From Lingula anatina (taxonomy: Eukaryota; Animalia; Brachiopoda): a DNA stretch of 64,000 nt. Shown here piece by piece: positions 1-12,300 of this stretch. Numbering within the stretch: position 1 is the stretch's first letter; each line of letters starts with the position of its first letter. Where the stretch lies: positions 21,204,001-21,268,000 of the forward strand of contig CM120646.1 of the NCBI GenBank assembly GCA_051362555.1, given 5' to 3'. The position numbers were made by a program, and so were the translations under genes. Below the pieces are notes generated by a model. The model did no database searches, was not told where the DNA came from, and saw nothing but the letters and a program-made list of their open reading frames with translations.

Positions 1-30
1 AAACTGAAAAATAAAATAAGGAAAACTAAC

Positions 31-3000
31 CTTCAAGCCAGGGTTTTGTGAGCTCTGTCCTGTGAGATATCTCTCATATTGTGTGACATTGGTGGCTGTT
101 TCCTCAGTGTTCAGATAGTGATATGGCTGCCTGAAGGCCCCTGGGGTGAGCATCACTGCACTAGAGTCTGCAATATGGACAATATCACATATTGTAGAGA
201 ATTACAGAGATAATTATACATTATCACATATAGAACCAGCATCTACATTTTCTCTAATCGACATGCTGACAGTTTACTATCATACAAATATGTTTGGTAC
301 AAAAATTATCACAAACTTGTGATTGCATTCTTTAAAATGTTTTCATTGACTGAAAGCTGAGAAAAATTCATTTAAAATTAGAAAAAGATACAAAATGAAA
401 ATCTCTCACCTTTGGTTGCATACTTAAAGAAGTGCTTGCATGGGATGGAATCCGACTTCAGGTCAAGTCTGTGGTACCTAAATATAGATGGCAGCACAGT
501 AGGAGGGGAGATTTCTGTATTCTTGCTACCATCTGATATCACCACACACACAGACCAGGTACTGCCTGCAACCTGGAGGGAAACAGAAAATCAAAGTCCT
601 GGGCTCTCTCTCTCTAGAATAAAACTTATTTTAATCAACTTGTTATTTCATTGTTTTTTTTAATTTTATTTCTTCAATAAGTTTTCTGTATTCTGTATAT
701 GTCATGGAACAAAAAAATTAATAAATGATAAAATTTGTAGAAAAAAGTGAACTGAAATGTTTAGCATTTGTTTAGTCAAGATAACAAAACGAGGGAGAAC
801 CTAAACAGTTTGTTCCTTGGCTGGGAGAAAAAATAAAAGACAATCTGGATCGCTTATAAGTTCTAACAGTTTAATTTACTACAGACTGGCCGATATTTTA
901 CTTATATATTGAACTTATTTAAATAACTACTATCCACATCTCTTCAATATGTTGCTCAATGCCACAAGTTTTCAACTATATCTCTGCAGGTTACTTCTTG
1001 CTATATGCAGGTAAATACAAATGTTTAATTTATTAACAATCAGAGATTTTATTTGAAGCTGAAATCTTACTGGTGCCCAGTAGTAATGTGACATGACATT
1101 TGTTATGCTAACACCTTCTCTGAACACATCTCCTCTGGCCTGTGTTCTGGTGGAAACAAAGCTGCTGTTACCCTCCTCACCCCTGAGAAGAAAAATAATG
1201 TTTCAAGAAGGCTCTCTCACATATCAGTGCGTTTTTAATAACAGCGGCTAATGATAAAAATATTACAAGCAATAAAATATGTAATTCATCCTTGTATTGT
1301 TGTTATTTTGCTTGAAGCTTTACGAATATGTCAACGAAACTTTCATGTCTGTGAGACGTATGGGAAAAAATTTGTTAAATTTTCCTTTCAACAGAAAATG
1401 GTACTTTATCAAAATGGAAACATCTTTGTGGACCAGCCTGTGTTTTGTCTATGAAATAATAAAAATATCTACTACTAACCTGATCATGGAGCTAATCACT
1501 GATTTAGCAGCAGGTGCCCTCTCTAAGTGATGAATATCCACAAAGATGGGATCATCTGGGTCATCATAGGGTCTTGGCAGCAGAGGGTGGGAATATGTCC
1601 TGCCATAGCCATTGATAACAAAGGCATAGCTCAGTTCACCCTTGTCAAAGTAGGTGGCTTCAGAGAGGAGTTCACTCATGGCAACATCGGAGCAAGCTAC
1701 ACCAATCAGTCGGCCACTGTGGTATGCAGGCAAGCAGATGGAGGTGATGAGACCTGAAAATATTTACGAACAAGCTAACAACAGTGATTTTAAATAGGAA
1801 GCAATTTATAGCCAAACAAATATAAAGCTAAAGAACTTTTGTAAAGGACCTGTAAGGAAAGTGACATCATGAAAATACACATCCAACAAAGCACAACAAA
1901 ACGCACACATAAAACACAGAAATAGTTGCCACATATACACTACACCAAAAAAGTTTAGAAACATGAAAGTGTTATTCAATAATAAAAAAAAAGTGTGAAA
2001 TGTAGTGGAAAAATCTTCAGTGAAACAAAGAAATGAATGGTGGGATGCATTATTCATCAATATTTGTTTAATATATTTACCTTAACTCATAATATTATGG
2101 TTATTTTATTAATATCCAAAATAACAATTTAGTGTAGTTGACTCATAAAACAGTGGATCAAACTAAAAGTTGTTGTGAGTAGTTTCTATCAACTTCTTTG
2201 AGCAAATCGGTGACAAAGTGAGTAGAGAATCATCAATAATAGCATCAAAACCTTTAATTCTAATCAATTGTAATAATCAAACTGTAACATCTGACAAAAA
2301 TTATATAAATTTTTTTAAGTGACCCTTGCCATATGGAAAAAAAGCCACACTAGTATATATGACAGTTATAGGACTAGGGGACAGAAAATGGTCTTACCTT
2401 TATCCAATATATCCCTGTGTGGGGCAGAGATCTCTGGATTACTGACACCCTGACTGGGAGAGAGGAAGAATTTATAGTATGTTGCCATAGCAACAGAGAG
2501 ATCATCTGGGTTCTCTACTTTGTTGAACATCCCCATCTGAAATTATGACAACAAGCACTGTATTAATAATAATTGTATTATAATGGCATTGGGAGCTATA
2601 CTGATAAAATGTGTGTTAAAATTTCAATTATCTATTTAACTTATTATTTGGTACATCTTAATGACTATGACCTAACAATATATTATAAGTACTTTATTAA
2701 TTTAAAAGCTATAATAACAATTTTTAAAAAATGAGATTGATACTCAGACATTATTATTATTCTCCAGGTAGAGTCAATTACTATGTGCTTATAGGTTGAG
2801 GGTATCTTTTCTCTAATTGCTACATATAATCTTCTTTATAATAAAATTTTTTATTTTCCAAGTTGGACCCATAAAAATAATGCATAAATCAGTAATATTC
2901 AGCACACTGACTTCCAGGCTATAAACAAATAAAGTAATGGGAATCAAATCTTTCAATAAAGATTTCATTAAATACATTTTCAAATTTCTCTCACCTTGAC

Positions 3001-6000
3001 TTCTCCAGCAGACATCCTGCTTTGCGTCTGGGCGGCCATATTTTGAAGTGTCGTCTGCACACTACCAGTGACAGCTACAGAACAAAATCTCCAGAACATT
3101 ATGCAATTCACTTGTAGGAATAGGTCATTTCAATCTAAAATGATGTTTGTTGTGCTAAAATATCAAAATTAGTTTCTTAAAACCTGGAGCAGTACAAAAT
3201 ATTCCAATGTATCTTAAATATCATTATAAAATAGTAATTTAACTTTTATTGTTTGTCAAATAATGAAGAGATGCTTTGAGCATGTGCAAGCAAATCATTC
3301 ATCTACTTTAATATTAATCCACAGTAGTCCACTGAAACAAAGTACAAGTAACTATTAGTCTATAATACTAGCCATGTCTGCCCATAAAACAAAACATATA
3401 CTATACAGCACAATATACAATTTTTTAATATTTATTACTGGCTAATTTTTAGTCAAATTAAGTTAAGAATGAATTTTAAGATAAAAATACAAGTTTTCAG
3501 TCTTATATATTGTACTGACTTAAAGCACACCTTTGAGATAAGTCCAATTTTCCGTGACCATGATAAAACCAGACCCAAGAAATTACACTCCTATGCTACT
3601 TACATTTTCCCAGACCAAATGTGAGGACTAAAACTTTCTCCTCCAGAGCAGCATTTTCATCCCTTATAATGCTGACTGGATCACTGCCTTCACTGCTGCC
3701 ACCTGCTGCCAGAAATAGTACCACCTGATCTGAAAATTAAATAAAAAATGTTCATTTTTTAATTTAAATGCACCAACAGACCTTAAAAATCAGTCAGGTT
3801 CAATAACAAATTTAACCTGTGTTAATACATTCAGGCTTTTCATAATCAAACAAAAAACAGGATAAATATAACCCAGGATAAATATAATTTGCTAAATATG
3901 TAAAATTGACTAAGGTGAAAGACTGAAAAAGAAAAAAGATAGGCAGTCTTTTTTGAATCACTGTAAAACAGAACTCATTAAAGATGGACATAAGTCCTTT
4001 CAAAGACTTATAATGAAATAAGACATTTCTTAAACCAGTCCCAGAATCCTCTAAGTATAAACATTTTAACCTCTAACAGTTCCATTTGAACTTCTGAAGA
4101 AAGAGAAAGCCTTTTTCAGCCCAGCTTCATAATTTCTTCCTCCCATGGCCCTGAGACTGTCCAAGTATTTCTTCAAGTTCTGAATGTTTGACGGCGTGGC
4201 TGCAGCTAAAGTGGTGGTATAACAGGTGCTCTCTGCCAGCACTGGGGTAGAGGCAGAGGAGGCCAATGACACCAGACCAATCTGTAGAACAAAGTGTCAT
4301 TTTAGCTATTGTTTATTCATAATTGAGCCCCACAACCATTTGACAATGTACAAACCTTCAAAGTCCTTTGCTAATGAATATGATCATAACTTTTAAAAAT
4401 GGGATCTGCATTAATGTGATGTTGAGACACCTTTCTTCTCAGGATTAAAAATCTAAAACTCTTTCCTATTTACTATTAGCTGTATAAATGAATGAAGTGT
4501 GGAAAAATATAAACTTATAGTTTTAACTTCAGATATTATCTAATTCAATAATAGTGGATGTTCTTCACAGCTGAAAAAAAAAAGGCATCACATTTTTATG
4601 GAAAAAACAGGTTTCTTTGGAAAGATAAAGTCTTGGAAATTTTAATCTTTTGAACAAACACAGCCCAAAGAGTCCTAAGACACCCCACCTGATCGTTGGG
4701 ACCCAGGGAATCAAGAACAGTTCTTGCAGCCTGCTTAGCTAACTCCATCAAGGTCTTGCCATTGTGCAAAGTTCTCATTGAGTCTGATGTATCCAGGACC
4801 AACACAACATCTTTTGGCACGGGAGACACTGCAGATGCATAGAAAGACCTGAAAGGTACAAGTGAGCAAAATTAAAAGGAGACTCTATGTTAAGAATTAA
4901 TCTCTAGCTGGTAATTGCTATTCTATTTAATCCTTACACTGTTAGATATATATGTACCTCTGAAGTCCTATATTAAGTTACTTACCTGAACCTAGGATCA
5001 TAACTATCACAGTCAGGCACATCTGTAGTTTTCACTGCAGGATAATTAAGAAGTATACCATCTTCTCCTCCAAAGTACTGCCACTTCAGATTTGGATTGA
5101 TGCGGACGTTTTCCTTCATCACTTCAACAATCCTTGCCGTGGGGAATTTTTTATTCACTGAACTCTGGCCTGCTATTGTAACACAGGCCTTGTCAAAGTT
5201 TACCTGTAAATTATTCATATTATAATTACTGGCAATATATATCACCTGTGAATAAATATGGGTGGGATGTAGAAGAAAAAAATATTAAAACAGTACTTCC
5301 ATTAGATTTCTTTTATCATCTGTGAATTTAGCTTGTCATCTATACCGTTCCAGTGAAACTATGTAAAAAAAAAGTTAACACTCACTGGTTAAATAATTAT
5401 GCAATTCTAAACGTATATGTCAATAAGCAACTTTCTTCTGTTAGTATCTACATTCTGGAATGGTCCTATCAAAAAAAGTAGAGACAGAGAGAGAACGAGA
5501 GGTAAAAGATATTTCCACATACCTCTGATTTATATCTAGGGTCATCATTGGTATCTGTAATCTCACAACACTGTGTATATTGGTTCTCCCCAGAGAAAGA
5601 CGAGTACTGCTCTTCTATTACATTTACCAGGCCCTTCAATGCTGCTTCGGCTCCTTGGATCTGGGCACTAATCGAATTTGCAAGCTGAAACATGTAAGCA
5701 ATAAATATATTGTAGTATATGCATGAATATAATTCTTTTCCACTTAGTCAAGGGGACAAAGTTTAAGATTTTAAAAGGAAAACTAAGTACTTAGCCCACT
5801 TCTTGTTGAACTTATCTGAGGACTTTCTGATTACATTTTAACAGATAAATGCCACAAAACAACGTGGCAAAAAAAAAATCAGTTTTGACCCCTCGTAACA
5901 CACCTTGCCAAATGTCAACCACCTTGAATCAAGTGCAACCCAGAAGTCAGTGCTTTAAGTTTTGAAGTTGTCTTTTATTATTTATCTTTTAATAACTCAC

Positions 6001-7080
6001 CTGTTTAGAGATGCCAGCTCCATCTAAAGGACTGTTTGTGTACTTTAGAGCATCATGCTCTGCCTGGAAAGACACAGCCAAGATATTACAAAAGCAAAGA
6101 ACAGCAGAACATTTTTTAAACATACAGGTTGCTGTAAAATGGATAAAATTCAAGAGATGTAAAAATATTGGTGCATATTAGAATATTCAAATAATACCCC
6201 AATTCCTTCCTCACATCAGTAGTTTTATAAACTGATCCATATCAACTACAAGGGCTGAAATGTAATTTAGAAAATGTCCGAATTCTCATTTTACAATGAT
6301 GTGCTGAGTGACTAGGCTTATACATCTGCTGATGTTGGGTTCAAAAGATAAAACTTTAAAAGAGACATTGTATATCTTGTATACACTCATATATCATGGA
6401 CACATTCATTGTCATTGAAGTTTATAAGTCTTGGTGTAAGTCAGCTGAAGGTGAACAACTGATATCCACTTTTGTTTCCTGCTCATGAAGTAACATGCAC
6501 CTTACTGACCGTATCCAGGGTATTATCAACAGCAGGGGCGGATTTAGGCCGTCTTCTGGGTCTGCCGGAAGACGGTCAGATTTTCAAGTTTACATTGACG
6601 GGTATCTAATTTTTTTGTCGGAAGACGGTCAAAAATGGAGGGTGGATTTATGAAGATAATTTGGAAGCCTGTGAGAAAATATCTCTGGATCCGCCCCTGA
6701 ACAGAAATAACACGTATGGTAAGCACCATGAGGATGCTCCACTATAAGAATATTTTATGAACTAAAAGGTTTAACATTTTCAGAGGCGTCCTATACAAGT
6801 AGCTATTGGGGCATATCATATGCTGCGGCTGCCAAACCCTACATATAACACAGACCATAACTAGATTACATCGTTCTCTGACTACACAATACTGCACCTG
6901 CATATCTGACACTCCCAGTCCATTGTCAGCTATGTCGTCCAGTATGCCTCCCAGTAACCTGCCATTTATCAGGGTCCCACTGGACATTGGGAGTGGACAC
7001 AATAAGATGACCAGGGTGAGACAAGTACACTGCCAGACACGTTCTCTCTGTGTTGTAGTGTTTACACTGAACATTTCCAT
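31..7080 (-). CDS. CACHD1-like: Gene A: divergent VWA and Cache domain-containing protein (CACHD1/alpha2delta-like), 5' 13 coding exons; continues beyond window start
   Basis: GT-AG exons on the minus strand: 7080-6898, 6063-6001, 5684-5523, 5203-4986, 4848-4689, 4281-4071, 3729-3604, 3074-2995, 2536-2398, 1753-1480, 1182-1071, 572-410, 167-31. Intron phases and nearly all exon sizes match genes B-D. Hydrophobic signal peptide, YFGGEDG and YDPRFR Cache motifs, VWA start KDVVLVLDTSDSM, Cache segment YAFVINGYGRTYSHP. Confidence 0.88.
6533..6699. mobile_element. Short MITE in the first coding intron of gene A
   Basis: Terminal inverted repeats CAGGGGCGGAT...ATCCGCCCCTG, flanked by a direct repeat AACAG (6528-6532 and 6700-6704). 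Diverged relatives at about 50059-50226 and 58362-58528. Confidence 0.8.
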
Positions 7081-7115
7081 TTAGTTCAGCAGGAAAACAT
7101 ACTGCACTGGTGCAT

Positions 7116-8735
7116 CTGAAATGAGGAACATGTTAAGCACGGAGGGCTACATTCTGCAAACTAAGAATCAGCGCTCACTCACTCCATATTGAGAAGGGGA
7201 GGTACAGTAAACCCCCAACCCCGCCCCATCTAAGATTATGTCAAGTCTGTAATTCCGGAGAGGTTGAAGATGAAGTACATTTTATTCTGAAATGCGAGGC
7301 CTATAAGGAACTACGGGCGGCTTTCTACGAAAATATAAGTTTCCTATGTAATACTAATGCCCTCTCTCCCCCGGATATGTTTATACACATCATGAATACA
7401 AAAGAAATGGATGTGATTACGCCCCTCCTCATATTCGTACAGAAATGCATGGAGAAGAGAGTAAGTCTTTCTGCGCATGTCCAAACCAGATCATAGTACC
7501 AGTGTGAGACCCGTTATGCGCTGTCAGCAGAGACTGGGCGTGTAGATCAAACCTGGTAAATTGATTATGGAATGCGACATTCGTATACATGTGTACAGTC
7601 ACTGATTTCAACAATTGCTAATCTATATGTGTATATATATATATTTATTTATCTATTTATTTGTCTGTTCTATGTTCTAGCCACTAGTATCGTATTGTAA
7701 TTGATTGTACCTTTATGTGAAGGTGTTTGTCAATAAAGAATCTGAATCTGTTAAGTTCAATAAATGGAAACTCTGAGTTTTGGGGACCTTTTGAGTTTCC
7801 TCTATTTACCATAAGATAAGCATTTCAATTTTCTGGCAAATTTGCTACAAATTCACAGCAACTGTAATTCTTTTCTCACACCATATTTAGTGGCAGAAAA
7901 ATTACTCAACGCTGGGTTGTCAATGCCGAAGTCACCAGTACACATAAACAAAAATCGACATGCAATCTCACTTTTCCCAATCTGTCAAAATCTTACCAAA
8001 CTATCTGGTTTAAAAAATAACCACCAGTAGCAAGCCTCTGACCATTCATACTACTCAATTTAAACCAAGGCATAAAAGAGCGCATTGATAAATTGATCCA
8101 GACACAACTCGTGTAGCAACTTCGATTCCTCAACTAGCATGCCCATTTTCCCGTCTCTAACTTGAAAAGAGTAGGGCAAAGAGTGAAAGAGGAGGTTTTT
8201 TCTCGCTGTAGTTTTGCATATTCAATTAATATATCGCAAAGAATAGAAAATTACGATAATTCAAAAACAAATACAAAAAAGTAGCATTTCTGTGGATGTT
8301 GTTATTATTATTTTTTCCGAGACATGGGTACATTCTTTTTTATTTGGAGGGTAGAAAATGACAGGTGTAATGATTACTACTTGTAGCTAACACACACAGA
8401 ATTGTTTTGAAATCATGATTCAGACAATTTGAAGATGAGTATAGGAAATGAAAATTAAGGTACGTGTTTTTAATATGTGATTACAGAAGGGCGTTATATA
8501 TCTAAATGTTTGATTGCTGAGGATCGTTGCACAATTTATAAGTCAAAATTGTAATCGATTTGCATTTGTTTGCCTGTTGTCGCCCATAATGAGCTCCAGT
8601 GGTGCGGGTGAAAATGTCAGTTCTTTTATACGTTTGACACTCGAGTATCAGCGCATTGAGAATAACGGACACAGGTGTTTTTAAGGTGGAAAATTTTGTG
8701 GGAATTTAACGCTTTTTCCACACGGATGTACAGGT
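7116..8735. promoter_or_regulatory. Head-to-head intergenic region of genes A and B (putative bidirectional promoter and non-coding first exons)
   Basis: Both start codons are preceded by splice acceptors (about 7116 on minus; tttcag ending at 9268 on plus), implying upstream non-coding exons. Candidate donor acag|gtatta near 8733 and initiator-like TCAGTT near 8617. Locally more CpG than the introns. TSS positions are inference. Confidence 0.45.
7640..7752 (+). repeat. Possible 3' tail of a non-LTR retroelement
   Basis: AT-rich 3'UTR-like tract ending in AATAAA followed by GAATCT GAATCT, a typical short-repeat LINE tail. Confidence 0.3.
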
Positions 8736-9335
8736 ATTAGGTCATGCGAGGCATTGTCACCGATCCTAGGTGTGGCTATAATGACTTGTTGCATACATAC
8801 TAGTAATGTCCGGGATGCCCTTGAACAAAGCCATACTACAAAAGGGGTCTGATTAAGGGCGCTCAGGTATATATCCTAACTTCTTGGTGACTGTCAGATA
8901 TTCGTACCGGGTACTGGCACTACTGTCTGGTATATGTATTGAGTTTGCCTAAAATTGAGACTAAAAAGTTGGAATTAAGACAAACCTAACATTAAGTAAT
9001 TGTTTATGAAAGCTGGCACTATAGCTGTCTTTGTTAACACACAGTGAAAAATTAAAAATTGTGGCTTTATTAAACCTGCACTTTGTATTAATTGGTTGTT
9101 TCTAAAATTTGATTGTTCGTTTTTAAATGGACCACAATGGCAATAAGTATTATACTTTATTGTGTAATTCATGTATTTGTCATGTTTTTTTTATGTATAA
9201 AATTTTATGTATTAGGTTCATTTCAAATATATGAAATAAATCAAAATCCAATAATTCTTTTGTTTCAGTTAACATCAAACAAGTTTTAGAAGACAACACA
9301 AGACAACGATGTACATATACAATACAAAAAAGAGT

Positions 9336-12300
9336 ATGTCTGGAGGAATATTCCATATACTGACAATAACCATATTGGCCACATTAACTGTGTCCAGTGG
9401 AGCCACATTAATTGATGGTGGGATATTAGGACAGGTGTTAAAGGAAATAGCTAATGATGCACTGGGGGTAGAAGAGATGCAGGTGAGACATTCTGTGGTC
9501 ACTTTAATGGTTTTATTTATTTTCAACAGAAATGATGGTACCATCCTCTCTGATCTATACTTTCAATTTTCAATAACAGTAACAGGAGCTACATGTATTC
9601 CATCAGTACCCTGAGAGTTTGATTATTCATGCTTCTTTTCCAAAAATTGATAAAATTAAAAGATAAGAAGTTGATGTATGTAATTTAGGTTAATGTAGGT
9701 GTGAGTCATCTGATGTGGTTACTGAATGATAATATGGAGCATATATTTACATGTATTATGTTTAAAAAGACAAACAGTTGGGCTAAGTGGCTGTACAAAA
9801 CTGCCTAAAAAAGCAAATGGAAATGATTAAATCTGACAATTAAAAGTGAGGTGTAAAAGACTTATAAAGTTTAATTTTTGCCCTGAAAAACAAAGTAACA
9901 TTATTTTATGTTATTACAAAGAAGGCCAAATTGATGCTAGAAGAGTGTATATAATGTAAAATTTAAAATTTAATTAAATAAATTTTCACTTTAAAACTTA
10001 GAATATTATTCAATAGCTTAAATAAGAAAGTGGGCACAATCAATTTAATGTAAACATTTTTCAGATGCAATATGCAGAATAATTTTTCTGCTTATTATAT
10101 GTATGGACAAAAATTGAGGCAACAGTAAATAATCAGGGATATAATTCTAAAAAAATGTACAAATTAGATTTTAAATGATCACATCAAATGTTTTTATGTT
10201 ATTATTTTGATTAAAATCTTTTACTTTTCAGGCAGAATATGACAAAGTGTCATATAGAGAAGATTCTATTGATGGACCAGGGAATATTAGAGAAGTAAAT
10301 ATTTGGGAGTTGTTTGGTACACAGTACCACTTGGTCAGAACTCTCAGTTGTGGACATTAACATAAGATAACTATTAAGAGTTTGGTGGGACATCGTAATT
10401 ATGTATTTACATTATCATTTATTATTATAGGCTGTCTTCATAAATCATATAGTTCCATGTATCAGGCTTTTGAGAAATATAAGAGAGAAAATAGATTTTA
10501 ACCTTTAGATATTTGTTCAGAAAGAAGATTTAATTGCTTTTATTTCAGTAATCACAACCTGAATATAAGTGAAATGCTTATATTTATTTTAGAAATGAAA
10601 AGAACATTTTTTTAGTATTTTATGTCATTGAGATATGTTTCAGTTCTTTAAATTTTTTTTAAAATAAAGAGTTGCCATTTGAAGACCTGTTGACCAAAAA
10701 AAGCCCACAAAGTTTTCATATAAATTGTATAGTTACACAAATCACCAATCCTGATAATTCAGTCTCTGTCAGTAAATTGTAACCACCATCATGCCCATGG
10801 CAACGTTACTTCAAATGATGCCTTGTAATCTCATTACACCAATCCTCATATAAATGTTTTCCATGTATTGAAATTTTATTCAGCTTGCCAATTCGCTGAG
10901 AACCAAGTTCCAAGGTCCGATCTCTGCACTGACCAAGATCAAAGATGCCATTGAAGATGACTATGCCAGCTTCTCCAGTGTCAGATCTATGACACAATGC
11001 TGCCAAGTGGTGGAAGCTACTTATGACAAAAGGTTTAGTCAGGAGGTTTGTGATGTACACATACATATGCAAACATGGGCATATACACATACATATGCAA
11101 ACATTGGCATATACACATATGCAAGGTCAGATATTCACATGCACAAGTACATACACATACCAAGTGCATACTATTCACTGATGCACAAAACATGGGTACG
11201 CACGTATGCTGTGCATGCATGCTCATTTATTTTCATTCAATATAAAGGGTGTATGAAGACAACTCGTGCTATACATATGTATATGTAGATGTGCACATGT
11301 GCATGCACACTTGCAGTAGTTAAGTAGCTGTGAGGGACAGACTATGCAGGTGTTTACACAGATAGTTCTGTTGTCACAATTCGATAATAGTAAATAGTAA
11401 AAACTTCACAGGTTTTATTTTCTGTTGCAAATTTAGATGTAATTTTTCATGGGCATTTGAATAAAATACTGTGTTATTACCAACAATGAGAGGAATATTT
11501 TCTTAAATACCAATTTTTAATGTGATATTGCCACTGAGTGAATCTAAGTCATTTTTCCAGTATTTGAAATATTTTTTTCAAAAATTGACAGGTCAACTTT
11601 GACAAGGCCTGTGTTACAATAGCAGGCCAGAGTTCAGTGAATAAAAAATTCCCCACGGCAAGGGTTGTTGAAGTGATGAAGGAAAACGTCCGCATCAATC
11701 CAAATCTGAAGTGGCAGTACTTTGGAGGAGAAGATGGTATACTTCTCAATTATCCTGCAGTGAAACCCACAGGTGTGCCTGACTGTGATAGTTATGATCC
11801 AAGGTTCAGGTAAGTAACTTAATGTCTGACCTAAAATTTCAGGTTGTTGAGGACAATTTGCATGTGAAATAAGTTAGTTTTCTGATTTACAGCATTTAAT
11901 TAATATCACTTAAACATGTTATGTTTATAACTTTTACAATGGAAAATGTAAAACATCAGAATCTTCCACTTGCATTTGCAAAGGCAAAAGATATAGAGAT
12001 GAATTTTTGATGGGCCATCATGATCATGGACAGGTTCAAAAATCATTTTTAAAATTTAATAATGTCTTTGTATGCTGTGTTTTAATGCCTGAGTAAAGTG
12101 AAATTGGCATTAAGGAAAATAAAAGAGAATATTATCTAGGGGTATTCTGAATGCATCTCATAGAGCTTTATTGCTCCCATTGTCTCAAGTTGATGATTTG
12201 AAAAAAAACAGTGCTTTTACAAAATATATAATAATGTCAAATTATGCAAAATTTTGCGACCTTTTGTATAATTTTGTATTTTTTTATTATTTGTTTGGAA

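Noticed and set aside
6300-6500. Possible tRNA-derived SINE head (GGGTTCAAA B-box-like)
   Set aside because: No cloverleaf, no clear A box, and no second copy in the window.
412-7084. Plus-strand short ORFs over gene A, and antisense ORFs over exons of B-D
   Set aside because: Shadow frames of real exons with no independent coding signal.
10989-11310. His/Tyr-rich ORFs here and at 28758-29057
   Set aside because: Read-through of exon 3 into a CA/TA-rich low-complexity intron.
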